A DNA stretch of 64,000 nucleotides, taken from the NCBI GenBank assembly GCA_013265495.1, contig MU057654.1, positions 9,789 to 73,788 of the forward strand. The letters run 5' to 3'. The stretch comes from Vicugna vicugna. Taxonomy: Eukaryota. Positions within the stretch are counted from its first letter, which is position 1, and every line of letters starts with the position of its first letter. The notes under the pieces were generated by a model that worked only from the letters and a program-made list of their open reading frames with translations, was not told the DNA's origin and ran no database searches. Position numbers and translations under genes: made by a program. Below are positions 13,300 to 28,065 of this stretch, one piece after another.

Positions 13300-14960
13300 A
13301 AATGGCAGGGTATGGAACTCCAGGACTTTATCCCTCCCCACAAGCAACTAATGAACTGGCAAAAACTATCAGAATCAAGTTTTGTGGAATTCTGGAATCT
13401 AGTAAAAAAAAAAATTACAACAACTGGAGGAAATTTGGTGAAGAAAGAAACTCTTGCTTTGTGGTAAGAAGTTTTAAGTTACCTGTCTACCAATCCCCAT
13501 GCCTCAGATTGGTAGTAGTTTGTAGATGACAGACCACTATCTGGGTTCAGATTGCTAGTGCCAGAAGGAGGAGTTTGGATTCTATTCTCATAGAGTTGTG
13601 GTTGTGGATATTGGTCTGTCTGGTGGCTGCCTCAAGGACCAGCACAAATCTTTCCCTTGATCATAGCGCGCTAATAGCATTACCAGGACTGGAGCTGGAA
13701 CAACACCCTCCTGAGTGACTTTTGTCAAAAGTATTTAAAGTTATAGGTATTGGCCATAGCAGCCTGGGGCAAGAAACATTCCGGGTAAGCAACAGACAGA
13801 CTGAGAAGCTTAGGAAGGAAGAGTTAGGGAAATGACATAAATGGAGGAAAAAGCACTTTAAAAAACTCTCATATAATGAGGAATCAAGAAGTCTATGCTC
13901 AAGGTTGGACACATGCTCAGAAAAGGACAAAGACGACCATAAACATTCACCCTGGGCTGGCCTTCAGGCTCTGCACAAGCAGAAGGTAAAGCATTAAAAA
14001 AGTGCTCAAACTCAGAGCTCATCTGCAAAGACTGGGAAAGTAGTTTTTTTTTCTTTTTTTTGGCTGTAGGCATTTAAGGTAACTGTCCAAACACTAGTTG
14101 ATCATTGAGCTAATGAAACAGAGACTTCAATGGCCAAATATGACAAAGAATGCAGAAAATACAAGACTATTTTAAAAAGTCACTAAATAAGGAAACAATA
14201 ACCCACAACAGAGAGCAACAACAGATCCTGGGAAACAGATGATTCTGATTTCTAGAGTTGACAGTTTCTCATATACAAAACATCCAGATTTCAATGCAAG
14301 TTGTGCATAAGGTATATGAAGAAACAAGAAAGTATGGTTCATTCACAGGAAATTAAAACAAGAAGTATTGGAAACTGACTGATAAAGTTCACGTATTGGA
14401 CTAACTAGACAAAAATTTTAGATCAATTGTCAAATATTTTCTAAGAGCTAAAGGAAACCATGGACAAAGGGCTAAAGGAAATGCCCCAGAAAATATAGGA
14501 TATCTGTAGAGAAATAGAATATAAAGAAATAAAAGTTATTAAAAGAAACCAAACAGAAATTCTGGAGCTCAAAAGTACAATGACTGAAACGAAAAGCTCA
14601 CTAAAGGGGTCCAATAGCATGTTTGAGCATGCAGAAGAAAGAATCTGCTAATTTGAAGACAGATGAATTGAGATTATACAGTCTGAGGAGCAAAAAGTGA
14701 AAACAATGAAGAAAAATGAACAAAACCTAAGAGATCCATGAGACACCATCAAGCACAGTAACATATCCATGATGGGAATCCCAGAAAGAGACAAGTGACA
14801 TAAAGGGGCAGAAATAATTTTTGAACAAATAATAGAAGAAAATTGCTCAAATTAGAAGGAAGACACTAATATGTGCATCTAAGAAGTTCATTAACTCCAA
14901 TCAAGACAAACCTAAAGAGACCCAAACAAAGACACATTAGAGTCATATCATCAAAACCAA
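13300..14960 (+). mobile_element. Old L1 5' region and ORF1 remnant
   Basis: gaaattctggagctcaaaagtacaatgactgaaac and gcagaagaaagaatc are L1 ORF1 coiled-coil-region motifs. Confidence 0.75.
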
Positions 14961-15184
14961 ATATATGGCACTACACTGTAGCAACGACAATGTCAATTGT
15001 CTAGTTTTGGAGTTGGGTGGTGGTTTCACAAGTGTGAAAGAGGAAAGGGAAAGGGAGAAATGGAAGAAAAGGAAAGAGGGACAAGCAGGGTTAAATGACG
15101 AGTCTGTTGTAAAGCAAGGATTTTAATGAGTCTGTTCATCTCTAGTCCATATTTTTAAATGTCTTAATGCGTCCCTTTTTTAGC

Positions 15185-16556
15185 TGTCAGACATTCTCCA
15201 TAGATGAGAACAGGTCAAATGTTGGCATGCAAGTTTCCGGTGTGGAGAGAAGTGAACAAAGAAAGCGAAAAGGAAGTTGGTGAAATCAGTTGGGGTATAT
15301 GGATTTTGAAGTCCCTCGAGGATCAGGAAGTGGTGTCCAATAGACACTTGGCAAAAAGGGCCTGAGGCTCAGGGGAGGGAATAACCTGGATACGTAGATT
15401 TGGGAATCATCTGTGTTTAGAGGGAAATGAACAGAGATCACGCAAGGAGAGAGAACATGTGGACTAAAACAGGAGGCCCAGAACACCACTACTCAAGGTG
15501 GTAGCTCAATTCCCGGAGGGTATCACCACTTGGGCTCTGCAGTCAGGCAGAGCTGGTCTTGAAAGCGGGTTGTGGGGCTCGGTTGCTGAGCGCTCTTGGC
15601 GAAGTCGGGTACCCCGCTGTGATCAGCTGTCACAACCGGTGATAATGGACATCTCAGGGGGATGCTGCGCAAGGACCTGAGATGTGCCAGGTAAAGCACC
15701 TGCATCAGGAAGCCTCCTCCCTCCTGCTCTGTCAGTAACTCCCTCCTGCTCTGTCAGTAACTCCCTCCTCTCCAACCCCTGCCCCCCAAGGTCTGTCTGC
15801 AGCTGTTCGATCCCTTGGGGACGCGGGTGAGGGGGCGGAGCGGGGGGGAGCAGAGCTCGGGTGACGTGGCGCTCACGTGACCAGCCGGGCTCAGACGTGG
15901 GCAGCAGCCCCCGCGCGCGCCCGCCCGCCAGCCCTGCGGTCCGGTCCCGGCCGTGTCCGCTCGCATCGCCCGCGTGGAACCAGCTCCCCGAGCTCCCGGG
16001 GTGGCGGGCGAGGGGCGAGCGGGCTTAGGCGAGCCCGAGGAGGCGCAGGCCTGGCCCGGGCCTCGCAGGTCAGTGTGAAAGTGGGCGCTGCTGGAGGCCC
16101 GGGCGGCGCGGGAGGAGGATGAGAGGAGGATCCAGAAGCAGCGGGGCGGGGCCCGGGGAGAAGGGAAGGGTCCAGAGATGGGTGAGGAGGGGCACGGGGT
16201 GCGGCGTGGGCAGGTGGGGAGGGAGGACCCAGCAACCCATCCCGCCCCCTAGGACGCCCCTCCCCTGCACCCTACAGCCATTTTCTAGCCTGAACTGGGG
16301 TGGGGTGCGCCCCCGTAGTTCAACAGTGAAACAGACGAATTCTGAAAATAGCCCACCTGTCACACTCAGTGCCTATGAGAAAATAATGACTTCTGTGTAA
16401 AGGGGTGGGACTGGGGCGGGTTGCCTGCAGGGGAGGGGGCTACAGAGACCCAAAACAGTTTAGAAAGCATCCTGGTCAGATGCCTGATGCCTGAGAAAAG
16501 ATATGGCGACTGAGGTGCGGGGTCAAGGGAGGTGGGGGAGGAGACGTCTGATGAGG
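15185..16556 (+). repeat. Left arm of apparently exact 1372-bp inverted repeat (TCEAL promoter, exon 1, intron 1)
   Basis: Reverse complement of 30904-32275; mirrored ORF pairs have identical translations and coordinates summing to 47460; both ends checked base by base. Confidence 0.97.
15820..16320 (+). promoter_or_regulatory. CpG island promoter and exon 1 (donor CAG|GTCAGT at 16068/16069) of TCEAL2-type gene
   Basis: GC box GGGGCGGAG 15832-15840, TGACGTGG 15862-15869, TCACGTGAC 15873-15881, dense CpG. Confidence 0.85.
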
Positions 16557-16611
16557 CGGGCCCTGATTGCAACCACTGAGCTACCCAGCCTCTTCCCTTG
16601 TCTGTCTGCAG

Positions 16612-16684
16612 GTCTGCGAGGCTGTTGTTCCAGGTACTCTGCTGAGTTACGAAAAAAGGAGGAACCTGTCCAGAATCCCCGCAG
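16612..16684 (+). other. Non-coding exon 2 of TCEAL2-type gene
   Basis: Acceptor cttgtctgtctgcag| and donor cccgcag|gtcagt. Confidence 0.8.
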
Positions 16685-16876
16685 GTCAGTGAAAGAGGGG
16701 GGCACTGGACAGGGACTCAGAGGGGTAAGGAGTATGAAGGTCAGGCCTTGGCAGAAGTGCGGGCCCCACTGCCCACTTGCCAACACATTTACTCACACTC
16801 TGAACAAAAGTAAGGAAAAATAGCAGGGCCGGCCAGAGAGATGGTTGGCTCACGTGCAGAAGGACTGGTGGGGTAA

Positions 16877-17692
<816 letters not shown>

Positions 17693-19019
17693 TGCCCTCA
17701 GCAGGCATTTGCCAGGCCCTGTGCTTTCACGTTTTTGAGATACTTTGATTTAGGTGTCACTCTTGTTATCAACAACAACTTTTGACCCAACTAGAGTGCT
17801 CTATCAGTAGGGGATTTTCAGCCTTATGCTTTGCAAAGACGTTATGAATCTTGGAAAAATAAAGCAGCTTATAATATTACCTGCAGAACTGGCCCAGTTT
17901 TGTTAAAAAAAAAACAAATTTATATAGTACATCTGTGCACAGGAAAAATAGAAAATGTTGTTCACTGAATGGTTAACAGTGGTTTTCTGAGTTGTGAGAT
18001 TGTGGGTGATTTACTTTCTTTGTTTTCTTTCTACTCATCTGTTTATTTTTTTCCCTAAAGAGCACAGATTACGTTTCTTATAAAGAAATACTAAAATATA
18101 AAAAAGGAAAACAATATATAAAAAGCAATACAAAGAATTGTTTACTGAGTTTATGGAGGCAATGGCAACACTTATGATTCTTGTTGTCAGAACTTAAAAT
18201 GTTATGTAAAATTCACATTACTTCTGGAACTCGTATCTGGAGGAATCATCCTGGCAGTTATAACAGATCCATTGCCGTAAAGGACAGTCTTGTCATCTGT
18301 GAAATGGGGATAATAATTGTTTCATAGGGTTGCTGAGTGGATTAGATGAGTTACTGAGTATGTCAGCTGTGTTTGGCTGGCTTCTACCTTTTTCCTTGTA
18401 CTAGCAGGACCAGGACTCTATCAGACACTTGGAAGAGGGTTGAGGTACATCTCACCTGTGCCCAGGAATAAGTCCAGGAAGCCAAAAGGTGGGTACCACC
18501 CTCCCCTAGGTATTTCCCTGTCTGCTGGGCTCTGTGCCCCTACTTATGAGTCCTGCACCCTATCCAGGCCCTCACTGCTGCTGGTGGACTGATTTCCTCA
18601 AAGTGACAAAGCCCAGTTGATTTACCTGAAGTCCTCAGTGCCCCAAACCTGCCCCACCCCATGACACCTATAGAAGTGAGGATAAAGCCCTTTTCCTCAC
18701 TTTAGAGTTATACTTACCCACTGAGTAACACCTCATTGATACTTCAGTCCCTAATGAATTTCAGATTTTTTTCGCAAAACAATCCATTTTGTGTTTGTTG
18801 CTTTCCAAATGTTTTTGCATACAGCCATCTTTCCACCAGATTCAGATATGAAAATCTGGGATAAAATTTGAGTGGCACAAACTGCTTTTCTCATCTGTCA
18901 GTGCCTTGTCTGCTTGATTCCTCTTTCCTTAGAGGAAATTATGTCCTAGGAGACTCCTGCCAGGTCCTGAATTAAAAGGTTAGCACATCTACCTACACTT
19001 ATGTTTTTTTAAGCTACCT

Positions 19020-19278
19020 TTTTTAAAATTTTTTATTGACATATAGTTGATTTACAATGTTGTGTTAATTTCTGGTGTGCAGTGTAGTGATTTATTTATA
19101 CATATATACATATTCCTTTTTATGTTTTTTCATTATAGGTTATTACTATATACCTACAATATAGGTATCAAATATAGTTCCCTGTACTATACAGTGGGAC
19201 CTTGCAGTTTATCTATTTTATATATAGTAGTTAGTATCTGCTAATCCCAATCTCCCAATTTATCCCTCCACCCCCTTA
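19020..19278 (-). mobile_element. Truncated artiodactyl-type L1 3' end
   Basis: atagttgatttacaatgttgtgttaatttctggtg...atagttccctgtactatacagt; not seen in the paralogous right arm. Confidence 0.8.
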
Positions 19279-19279
19279 A

Positions 19280-19445
19280 GATCATTGCTACTCAAACAGT
19301 GGTCCATGGGCCAGCGACATCAGCATCATCTGAGAGATAAAAGTGCAGAATCTCAGGTCCCCATCCAGACCTACTGAATTAGAATCTTCATTTAAACAAG
19401 ATCTTCAGGTGATTCCTGGGCACTTTAAAGTTTGCAAAGCACTGG
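19280..19445. mobile_element. MER5A-like element, paralogous to 27900-28065
   Basis: gcagaatctcagg...agacctactgaattagaatc...aacaagatc; same flanks in both palindrome arms. Confidence 0.75.
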
Positions 19446-21229
19446 CTTATAAGGAGACTCCCCTTAGCCTCCCACCCCCACCATCACATGAAATACGTGC
19501 CTAGAAGGATAAGTATATATGCTGCATAAGATACACCCCACAGATTATTAAATAGTCCTGTGTTTGTCAAACTGCAATTCCACATCCTTGACATTAGCAG
19601 AACCTGAAACAAATTCAATGAGTCAATGCCTACAACTTTTTAATGATGTAGGGTAGAATAGCATTGGTTAGAGCCAAACAGTAAATATCAGATTGTATTG
19701 CAGGTGGGTAGAGTGAGTATTATTTTCTGAAGTTTGTATTTCTGCTATGTATCTATGTATGTCTGTACACCCTGAGTTGTGATGAAAAATAAATTTCTGA
19801 TTGTGAGCTAAATTTTTTAAAAATTGAGAAACACTGCTTTGGACTCTGCTTCTCAAAGCACAATCTGTCCTTTTTATCCTGGTACCGCTAACACCTAGCA
19901 CAATACCTGTAAAGTAATAGGTTCTTAATAAATTGGTAATAATAATAACTGAGTTAGGCATTCTTGCCCCAGATCATTCCTGGTCTACATAAATAACTGT
20001 AGACTCTACTTCTGTAGCATGGTTTACTTGTAGTTCCAAATGAAACACCATGTAGAGGGGTTTGTACCACAGGTTCAACCTTATCTCATTTTATTAATGC
20101 ATGCATATTTTTAAAGTGTACAAATCTGGCACATGTTAAAATCACCAGAGGACTTTGTTGAAAATGTGAACTGACCCCCACCACGGATCCTCTGAGTGGA
20201 GCACTAGAATCTCTGTTTTTAACTAGCTTCCTGGGTGATTCTGATTCACACTTAAGGCTAATGTCCACTAACTTATGAATTCATTCTGATTACAGTTGTA
20301 TTAAATGTAAACCACCATAAGATAAGCAGAAGAAAAGAGTTGCAATGTCTATTTGGTGGGGGCAGGGGGAGTTGAAGGTCTTTGTAAGGTATAAAATTTG
20401 GGAGTAAGAATCCATAAAGGCAAGGATTAATATATCTACTGAGGAGAACCTGAAAGTGCTTATAGAGCAGAACATGACTATAAACAAAGGCAAATGGAAG
20501 GCATCTCATAGTATGGTGTATTTCCTTCTCCAGATGCTGTGATAACTATGACAGCTAAACAGTTCCTTTGCTAAATAAGACTCATGGAACCCCAAATGTC
20601 AATGCTTGCAAATTCATAGTTTGGTGCAGGGGGTAAAAGGGATGCAATATAGCAACAACATTGAGAATATGCCTCACAGCCAAGAGCTGTCTCATAGCTC
20701 AGGGTCTGGAGTGGCCAAACGCAAGCTTCAGTTGTCCTCCTTCTCTATAAGAGGTCCGGAAACGTGTGCTGCTTCTTCTGGAGCAGGAACCACTGATGTG
20801 TGCACAGAATACCTTAGGACCAGAAAGCCCAGGATTCTCGTACAGTGATGGTTACATAGGCATATTCTTACTATGTTGCTGGCTATAACAGCACAGCTCT
20901 TGGTGGGGAGGTTCACCAAGACCAGGTTCAAATGATCAACCTTTCTGTTACTAATAAATGAAGCTGACAAGCTGGTACAAAACACCCCAAACTCCTCAGA
21001 CCCATAGTCCTAAAACAACACTCATATATTTCATGCCTTTACCATGGTTCAGTGACTCACAGGTGCATTTCTTATTTTAGTAGAACAGCTTAGGCAAATC
21101 CCGGTCCTGCTAGAATTAACCCTCTAGGAACAATAGGCCTTTTATGCTCCTCCTTACAATATGAAAAAAGTTGAATAGGGGTACCCTTTTCCGCTTCAGG
21201 CACAATTCCCAGGGATTACTATTAACATG

Positions 21230-22830
21230 GCCCTCGTCCATTTGCTAGATATCTCTCCATCTCCCCATCTGGATTCACTCTCTATCCTCTTCCACCCTGC
21301 TCTGTATTCCAGGGAATCTAACCTGTATCAACTACATCAAAGGGCTCTTTTGAGAGTCAATAAAGGACAATGTGGTCAGGAAATTTCCTTCCCAGCTTGT
21401 TCCCTGTAGTGTCACCAGATGCTGACTGAGTCACTTCTCCAGAGTTTCCTAGAAGGTTGCCCTTTCCATTTAGGCTCTGTATCTCCAGCTTACAGTAACC
21501 CTTCTTTCCCCTTGTCCCTCAGGCCTAGATAATCCTACCTACACTAACCATGGAGTATTGCACTATCCTTTGTGATTCTCCAGTACTTTCCCCACATCTT
21601 TGTGTACTGTCCTTTAAAAAAAACTCCTCTCAAATTTTCTAATGCAAATAAGCTCCCTATTTCCTGTCATGTACTTCTCAGATACAGTAATAGATACCAG
21701 AAGTTATCCCAAGAACTGTGTTGCTAATTTGAGGAGGGAAAATAATTACCTCCTTACCGTGGAGGTCAGGAGAGTGGGGAGAAGGTGTTGGGAGAGGTTC
21801 CCTGGTACATAGCATGCATGTAGTAGTATCACACTAACTCAAATTAACACCACTGGTGGCATGGAATGAAGTACAGGTGGAAACCAAAGTTTGGGGAATC
21901 AAGCTGTTGTGTCATTTAATAGCACTGTGTGCAAAATAATTGTCCAGAGGGTTGTGGAGTTTCCCATGTTCATCTGAGGTTCCTAAAAAGTATCATAGGA
22001 AAAACAAAATTGAAAGCTATGAAAAAACAACAGAAAATGCATGTAGAGCACCAGAAGTCCTGCATGGTGTATTTAAAGGAGTCCCTCATCTTAGAACAGA
22101 TAAAGCTGAGGACCAAGCTTGTCTCCTCATAATGTCACTGAGTTCCACTGCCAATTCAATGCTCTACCTGCTATGGGTTTTACAATAAGGTAAGGACACT
22201 AATAGGGAAGGAGTGGAACCCTGATATATGGGATATGGGCATTTGTGCAGACATGTTCAAAGGCATTGGGGAGAGGGTCACCAGCACCCTTGACGATTTC
22301 TGTGGGCCTGTGCTCTGTAGGCTGAAGATGATGGTGGAGAATTCTGCAGTGGAATTGGGCTTCTTGATCTTAATGTAAATGAAGGAATTCCAGAGTGGTG
22401 GAGGTCGGGTGACAGTGCTTAATCATATGAGACAAGGTGCATGCAACTACCACAGAGCCACAGGGATGAAATGGTAATTAGAGCATGTTTGACCCACAGG
22501 ACCTGTGGTGATAGTTAATCAGAGCATTCCTGAAAATGAACTAATTGTGCAGCCTGTAGGATGCTGTCTGACATATTCAGGCAGAAAAAAAGTCTAGATC
22601 TGCTTTTTCCTAATTCAGGTTGCTGTAGTGGAGGTTTTCAGCTTCTTACCCAGCTGAGGGGAAGGCAGGGTACCTCTAAGGTAGGACCCTGCAGTCACTG
22701 GTGTATACTATGAATCTTCCTTGAAATCTTTTCCAGTGCAGACACTTTTCAGAGTGACTGTGCACAAGAGAAATAGAAATAGCGAGACCTTCTGGGAGTT
22801 ATTACCTAAAGGCTCTGAACTGGTGCTAAT
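21230..22830 (+). mobile_element. ERVL-class LTR plus degenerate internal sequence
   Basis: LTR-like end (tttcctg...gataca) followed by ataccagaagt PBS-like motif and ERVL gag-like remnants. Confidence 0.5.
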
Positions 22831-22926
22831 CTCTAGACTGAGGCAGAGAGAGGCAAAAGGATAGACTATACAGAAAAGATTGTGAGAAACTAATGGGATA
22901 TGGTGGGAAAAAATCTAATGTATGTA

Positions 22927-23232
22927 CAGTTGATCCATGAACATGTAACACGGGTTTGAACAGCATGGGTCCACTTATATACAGATTTTTTTTCAATAAA
23001 TATACAAAAATATAGGTGTAGAACATCATGTGCAAGACTTGTATTAAAGTGGGTAACTTATTCTTACATAGGCATAAAGTGAGTGATATTTAATATAAAT
23101 TAATAACGTGTTAGTTTTCTTACTGTTTTGTAACTTTGCTTTCAAAGAATTACATTACCATACAGTATGCCTCTCTCTCTCTCTCTCTCATAATTGGAGA
23201 AACTGCACATCAGGCCATCATCATCACAGGTA

Positions 23233-23276
<44 letters not shown>

Positions 23277-23856
23277 CAATGTTTCCAATGCTGTATTATG
23301 AGTATAACTGTAATACTGTATGCTATAACAATTTCATAACGATTCATTCATTAGTGACGCAATGGTATTGACTATACTAGGCTGCCGTAAAGCAGTCATA
23401 TTGCTACCTTGTTATCAGTTCATGAATCGCTATACCTGTAAATAAGTATGAATTTCTTTTTCATACAATCTTTTCGTTTTTGATGTCTAGTGTTAATAAT
23501 ACATATAACAGTGACAGTGTTTTGTACATATAAGGCAATATTGATGTAGGCATTGACAGACTATGTAATCTTACTGTATCAATAAATACAATACAGTACT
23601 GTAAATGTGTTTTCTTTTACTTATGATTTTCTTAATAACGTTTTCTTTTCTCTAGCTTACTTCATTGCAAGAGTACAGTATATAACACATATAACACAAA
23701 AATATGTTTTAATTGACTGTTTATGTTATCAGTAAGGCTCCCATTAATAGTAGTTATTAGTAGTTAAGTTTTGGGGAGTCAGAAGGTATCCATGGATTTT
23801 TCCAACTGTGCAGGGGATTGGTGCCGCTAACCACTGCATTGTTCAAGGGTCAACTG
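22927..23856. mobile_element. Tigger2-family (TcMar) DNA transposon derivative with internal (CT)n and (GT)n
   Basis: TIRs cagttgatccatgaac / gttcaagggtcaactg with TA target duplications on both sides. Confidence 0.85.
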
Positions 23857-24229
23857 TATAATCAAAGTCCTGAAAGAAGAGGAGAGAGAAAGTGGGAATG
23901 AAACACTATGAAGAAAAAATGGAATATTGACTTCTGGCATGGCAGCATGAAGAACCCCACTGACCTGGTCCCCAATGAAAGTGGTAAAAATTATATTTTA
24001 AAAATCAAAATCAGCCATTAAAGATCTTTGGAAATGGTCCTAAGAACAAACAGCATGAAGAAACATCCTTTCAAGAAAATCTACAAATAGTAAGAAAGCT
24101 GAAATCTGTAATATTTGAACCAAGATTACTTCCTCCCCACTTTCCAAGCTCAGTGAGATGGATTCCAGACTTCTGTGGCCAAAATACAGGGCTCCCTTTC
24201 TCCCCCATCCCAGCTGTCAGACACTGTCA

Positions 24230-26440
24230 GGTAATAAATTAGTGTTGTTTTCAGCCACTAAATTTGAAGTAATTTGTTATATAGTAATAAAAAACTAACA
24301 CAGATTTTGGCATTGAAAGTGCCAAATACCTAAAAATGTGCAAGTGGCTTGGGAACTGGGCAGTAGGTGGAGGCTGGGGAAATTTTGAGGAACATTATTG
24401 CTTTGAACCAACTGTAAGTAAGCATATACACCTCAAAGACCCTGCTAGCACAGGTCCAGAAGGATGTGAGGAACATGTTATTGGAAACTGTAGGAGGAAG
24501 ATCCTCATATGTAGTAACAGAATGATGAGTGAAGTTATCTCTTACAGTCCAGTGGAAAGCAGAACTTGTAAGTGATAAACTCAGATACTTGGCTGAGGAG
24601 ATTTCTAAGCAAAGTGCTGAGGTATGGCCTGGTTTTTTCTTACTATTTATATCAAAATGTGGCAGGAGAGAGACAAATTGAGGGAATATCTGTTAAACAA
24701 AAAGGAAATAGGGCTTGATGATGTCCACCCTACTCAAATGGCAAAATACACTAAAATTAAGAAATGCCTCCTGAAAGTATGACATAAAGAAATAGCTGAG
24801 GATGTGGCTAGTATAATATTTTGCTGAAACCTCCAAAACATAAAGTCAGAGTACTCAGTCCCATAAAGCTCATTTTTGAGAGACAAAAAATTATGACTTG
24901 TGCATTCAACAAAACCCAACAGTTTCTAGGATACTTAAGGGCTTAGAGGTCAGAGACAAAGAGGTCAGAGATATGAAGTATGAGAAGGATTTACTGTGCC
25001 ACTATTGGCTTGGTGATGGAGGACACCATGTGGCAAGGAATATGCACATCCTTTACGGACCAAGTGCATCCACACTCAGCCCTCTCAGCAGGAGCCAAAG
25101 ATAGATAAAAATGATCTCATAAATAACTGTGTGTGTAGATTTTGTCCAATGGAGTAAAACTCAGTGCAATTTATTCAAGACTAACAAGGTTCTTAAGAAT
25201 ATTATATCAACAGAAACATTGTCAGCTTGGTATGAAAGTGACAGAAGAGTACAAAATGAAAGGAGAACATTAGACCCCCCAAAACTCTCCTGGTGGGGAG
25301 CAGCCTGATAAAACTACTTAACTGGGACCATAAGCTACCTTTAATGAAAAAGGAAGGCTGAATCAGAGGACAGAATCAAGAGCTCAGAATACAGAGCTAA
25401 GAGTCCAGAAGACAAAGCCATGAGCACAGAGGGTGAAACTGAGAGCTACAAAGAATTATTCTCAGGTCTTGAAACCTAATAATGGAAGTTGAGCTGTTTT
25501 GGACTTGTGACTCCTTTTTAGCTTCCATTTACCCCATGTTTGTCTGTAACTGTTATCCTGTGTCTATTCCATCATCATATGTTGGGAGTTTTGTGGGCAG
25601 AAAATTTGTGTCTTTAGTCTCATAGGTCCACACAGGACAGGAATATCCTCAGGAACTTCACTTAATGGTTATGTCCAAGATCCTCATCCATATCTGGTTT
25701 AAAAGATTTCAATGATGAGATGACTTTTCAGCTAACAATGTAATGGGATGCGATCCTTGGGAACCTTGGGAGAAGGTGAATATGTTTTGCGTTTGGGAAA
25801 GACATGAATCTTTGGGGACCAGAAGGCACACTGTGGTAGGCAGAATCTAAAGATGGCCTACCAAATTACCAGCTGATGGTGTACACATACCTTCTTCCAG
25901 TTATTCAGTCAAGCACCAATCCACGTATTTCTGTGAAGTCATCTTGCAAATGTAATTAGGTTCTCTAATCAATTGACCTTAACATGGGAAGATTATCCAG
26001 GTGGGCTTTACCTAATAACACCACTCCTTTAAATGAGGGGTCTCAAGTCAGAGACAGAGAATTCAGAGAGTAGAAGTATGAGAAAGAGTCAATGTGCTAT
26101 CGATGACTTGCAGATGGAGTGAGCCTCATGGTAAAGAATGCAAGTAGCCTCTCCAAACTGAAAGTAGCCTAGCTGGCAGCCAGGAATAAGTGTACGACCA
26201 CAATCCTAAGGCTGCAAGGAACTGAATTCTGAAAACAACCTAAATGATCTTGTTAGTAGATTTTCCCCCAGAGTTTCCAGATGAGAACTCAGTTTGACAT
26301 CTTGATGTTAACCTCGTGAGACCCTGAGCAGAGAACACAACCATGCTGTGCCAGACTTCTGACCTACAGACATGTGAGCTAATAAATAAGTGTTTTGTTA
26401 AGCTGTTAAGTGTGTAGTAATTGGTTGTACAATAGTAAAT
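24230..26440 (+). mobile_element. MaLR MLT1 element: LTR end, internal region and 3' LTR (~25832-26440)
   Basis: acagattttgg start of internal region, ggctgaggagatttctaagcaaagtg, LTR tgtggtaggcagaat...ctgtgccagacttctgacctacaga. Confidence 0.8.
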
Positions 26441-27899
26441 GATTTTATCTTGAGACATAAATATCTGTACCATCTGTGCCCTTTATGAGTGGCTATCTAT
26501 AAACCTATTCCTCAGACTTCCACATCATTAATTTTCCAATTTAATTCCCTCCAATTCCCTGATCAATCTTTTAATCATTGCACATGAGCCAGGGTAGATC
26601 CATATCTACAGCCATGATGTGTTCATACAAAAAGGACCAAACAAAATTGTACCCACTGGTGTCATTTATCTTCTGCTGCTTTCTGAGTCATTCCTGAGCA
26701 GGGCTACAGTGCAGCAGACATCCACTTGCATCTACAGTCAACATACCAAGAAAATACATCCATAAACTGGACCACTGCTTTATCCCTCTTTTTCTAACTG
26801 TGCACTATAGCCTGGAACTACTGTAGATCTTTTCCTTGTTCTAGGTTCCACTTAAAACTGGAAACCATCAGGAATCCAAGCACAAAACTAATATACCATA
26901 TGTTGTCTCTAAAACCCAAGGCCTTGATTCTCACAAGCTAAATGGAGAAAGAGCATCTGTAAGTAGCTCAGCTGCTATCCCTCCAGGGTAGCCCCTCCCC
27001 CTTGGCCTCCAATCCTTGCAGTCATGCTTCTGTTCTGTGAGGCTGTGCTCCTGTGGCACACACAGAACCCTCCACTGCACCCCTTTACAGCACTGCATAG
27101 TTGTTTAGTTTCACTTTGCAGAGCCTGTCTTCCTGAGGTTAAGAAATTCTACTCCTGCCAGCCCAGGAGCTCTCCTTGGTACTGTTGAGTGTATACTTTT
27201 TACTAGTGACAGGTGGGGCTGTGAACTGCAGTAGGTTCTATTCATCCTGTGAAGTCCATGGCTCCTGGATCCTTCTGGATGTGTAAGTAAACGCTGTTAG
27301 GCAATTAAAAGTTATTTGTCCAAGCTTTTATTTATGTAGACATGGGTTAAACTTGGGGCAAAATTTGAGTTTCTGAATTAGTCATTATTATTTACATTTT
27401 AGTAATTGCCTACTGTTTATCAGGTACTGTGCTGGGTACTAGGGATATGAGTATATTAAATGGACTGGATATGCTTTGCAATGCAAAGAGTCCAGTGCAG
27501 AGTTTCTCATTTTTTTAAAAAACACAGCCCAGAGTCAGAAATATATCTTTCATCACAACTCATGTTGCATACACATACAGACATAACTGAAACACAAATT
27601 TCACAAAACAATGTTCACCTTAACTACCTGCAACTTGATATTTTCTATTTAACCCTATTCATCTCTGTTTTATCTTATTTCATTAAAAATTGCAAGTCTT
27701 GACCTAGTGAATTAATTTTAAGTTACTATTATTTCAATTAATTACTAATGAATGGGAGAAGGGGTAACTGCAGTTTGACAAACATGGATCTGTTTAATAA
27801 TCTATGATGTGTACCTTATATGGTGCATATATTTACCCTTTCAGTTACATATTTCACATGAAGGTGGGAGTGGGGAGCCTGGAAAGAGTCTCCCTCTAA

Positions 27900-28065
27900 T
27901 CCAGTGCTTCTCAAACATCAATGTGTATAGGAATTATCTGGGGATCTTGTTAAAATGAAGATTCTAACTCAGTAGGTCTGAGTAGAGCCTGAGATTCTGC
28001 ATTTCTAATTAGCTCTCAGGTATTGCTGATGCAGCTGGTCTATTACCACATGTTCACTAATAAGG
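27900..28065. mobile_element. MER5A-like element, paralogous to 19280-19445
   Basis: cagtgcttctcaaac...ggggatcttgttaaaatgaagattct...gagattctgcatttctaa. Confidence 0.75.

Noticed and set aside
15286..16400. Mirrored GC-rich ORFs (also 31060-32174)
   Set aside because: Incidental frames in a CpG island; identical only because the DNA is an inverted repeat.
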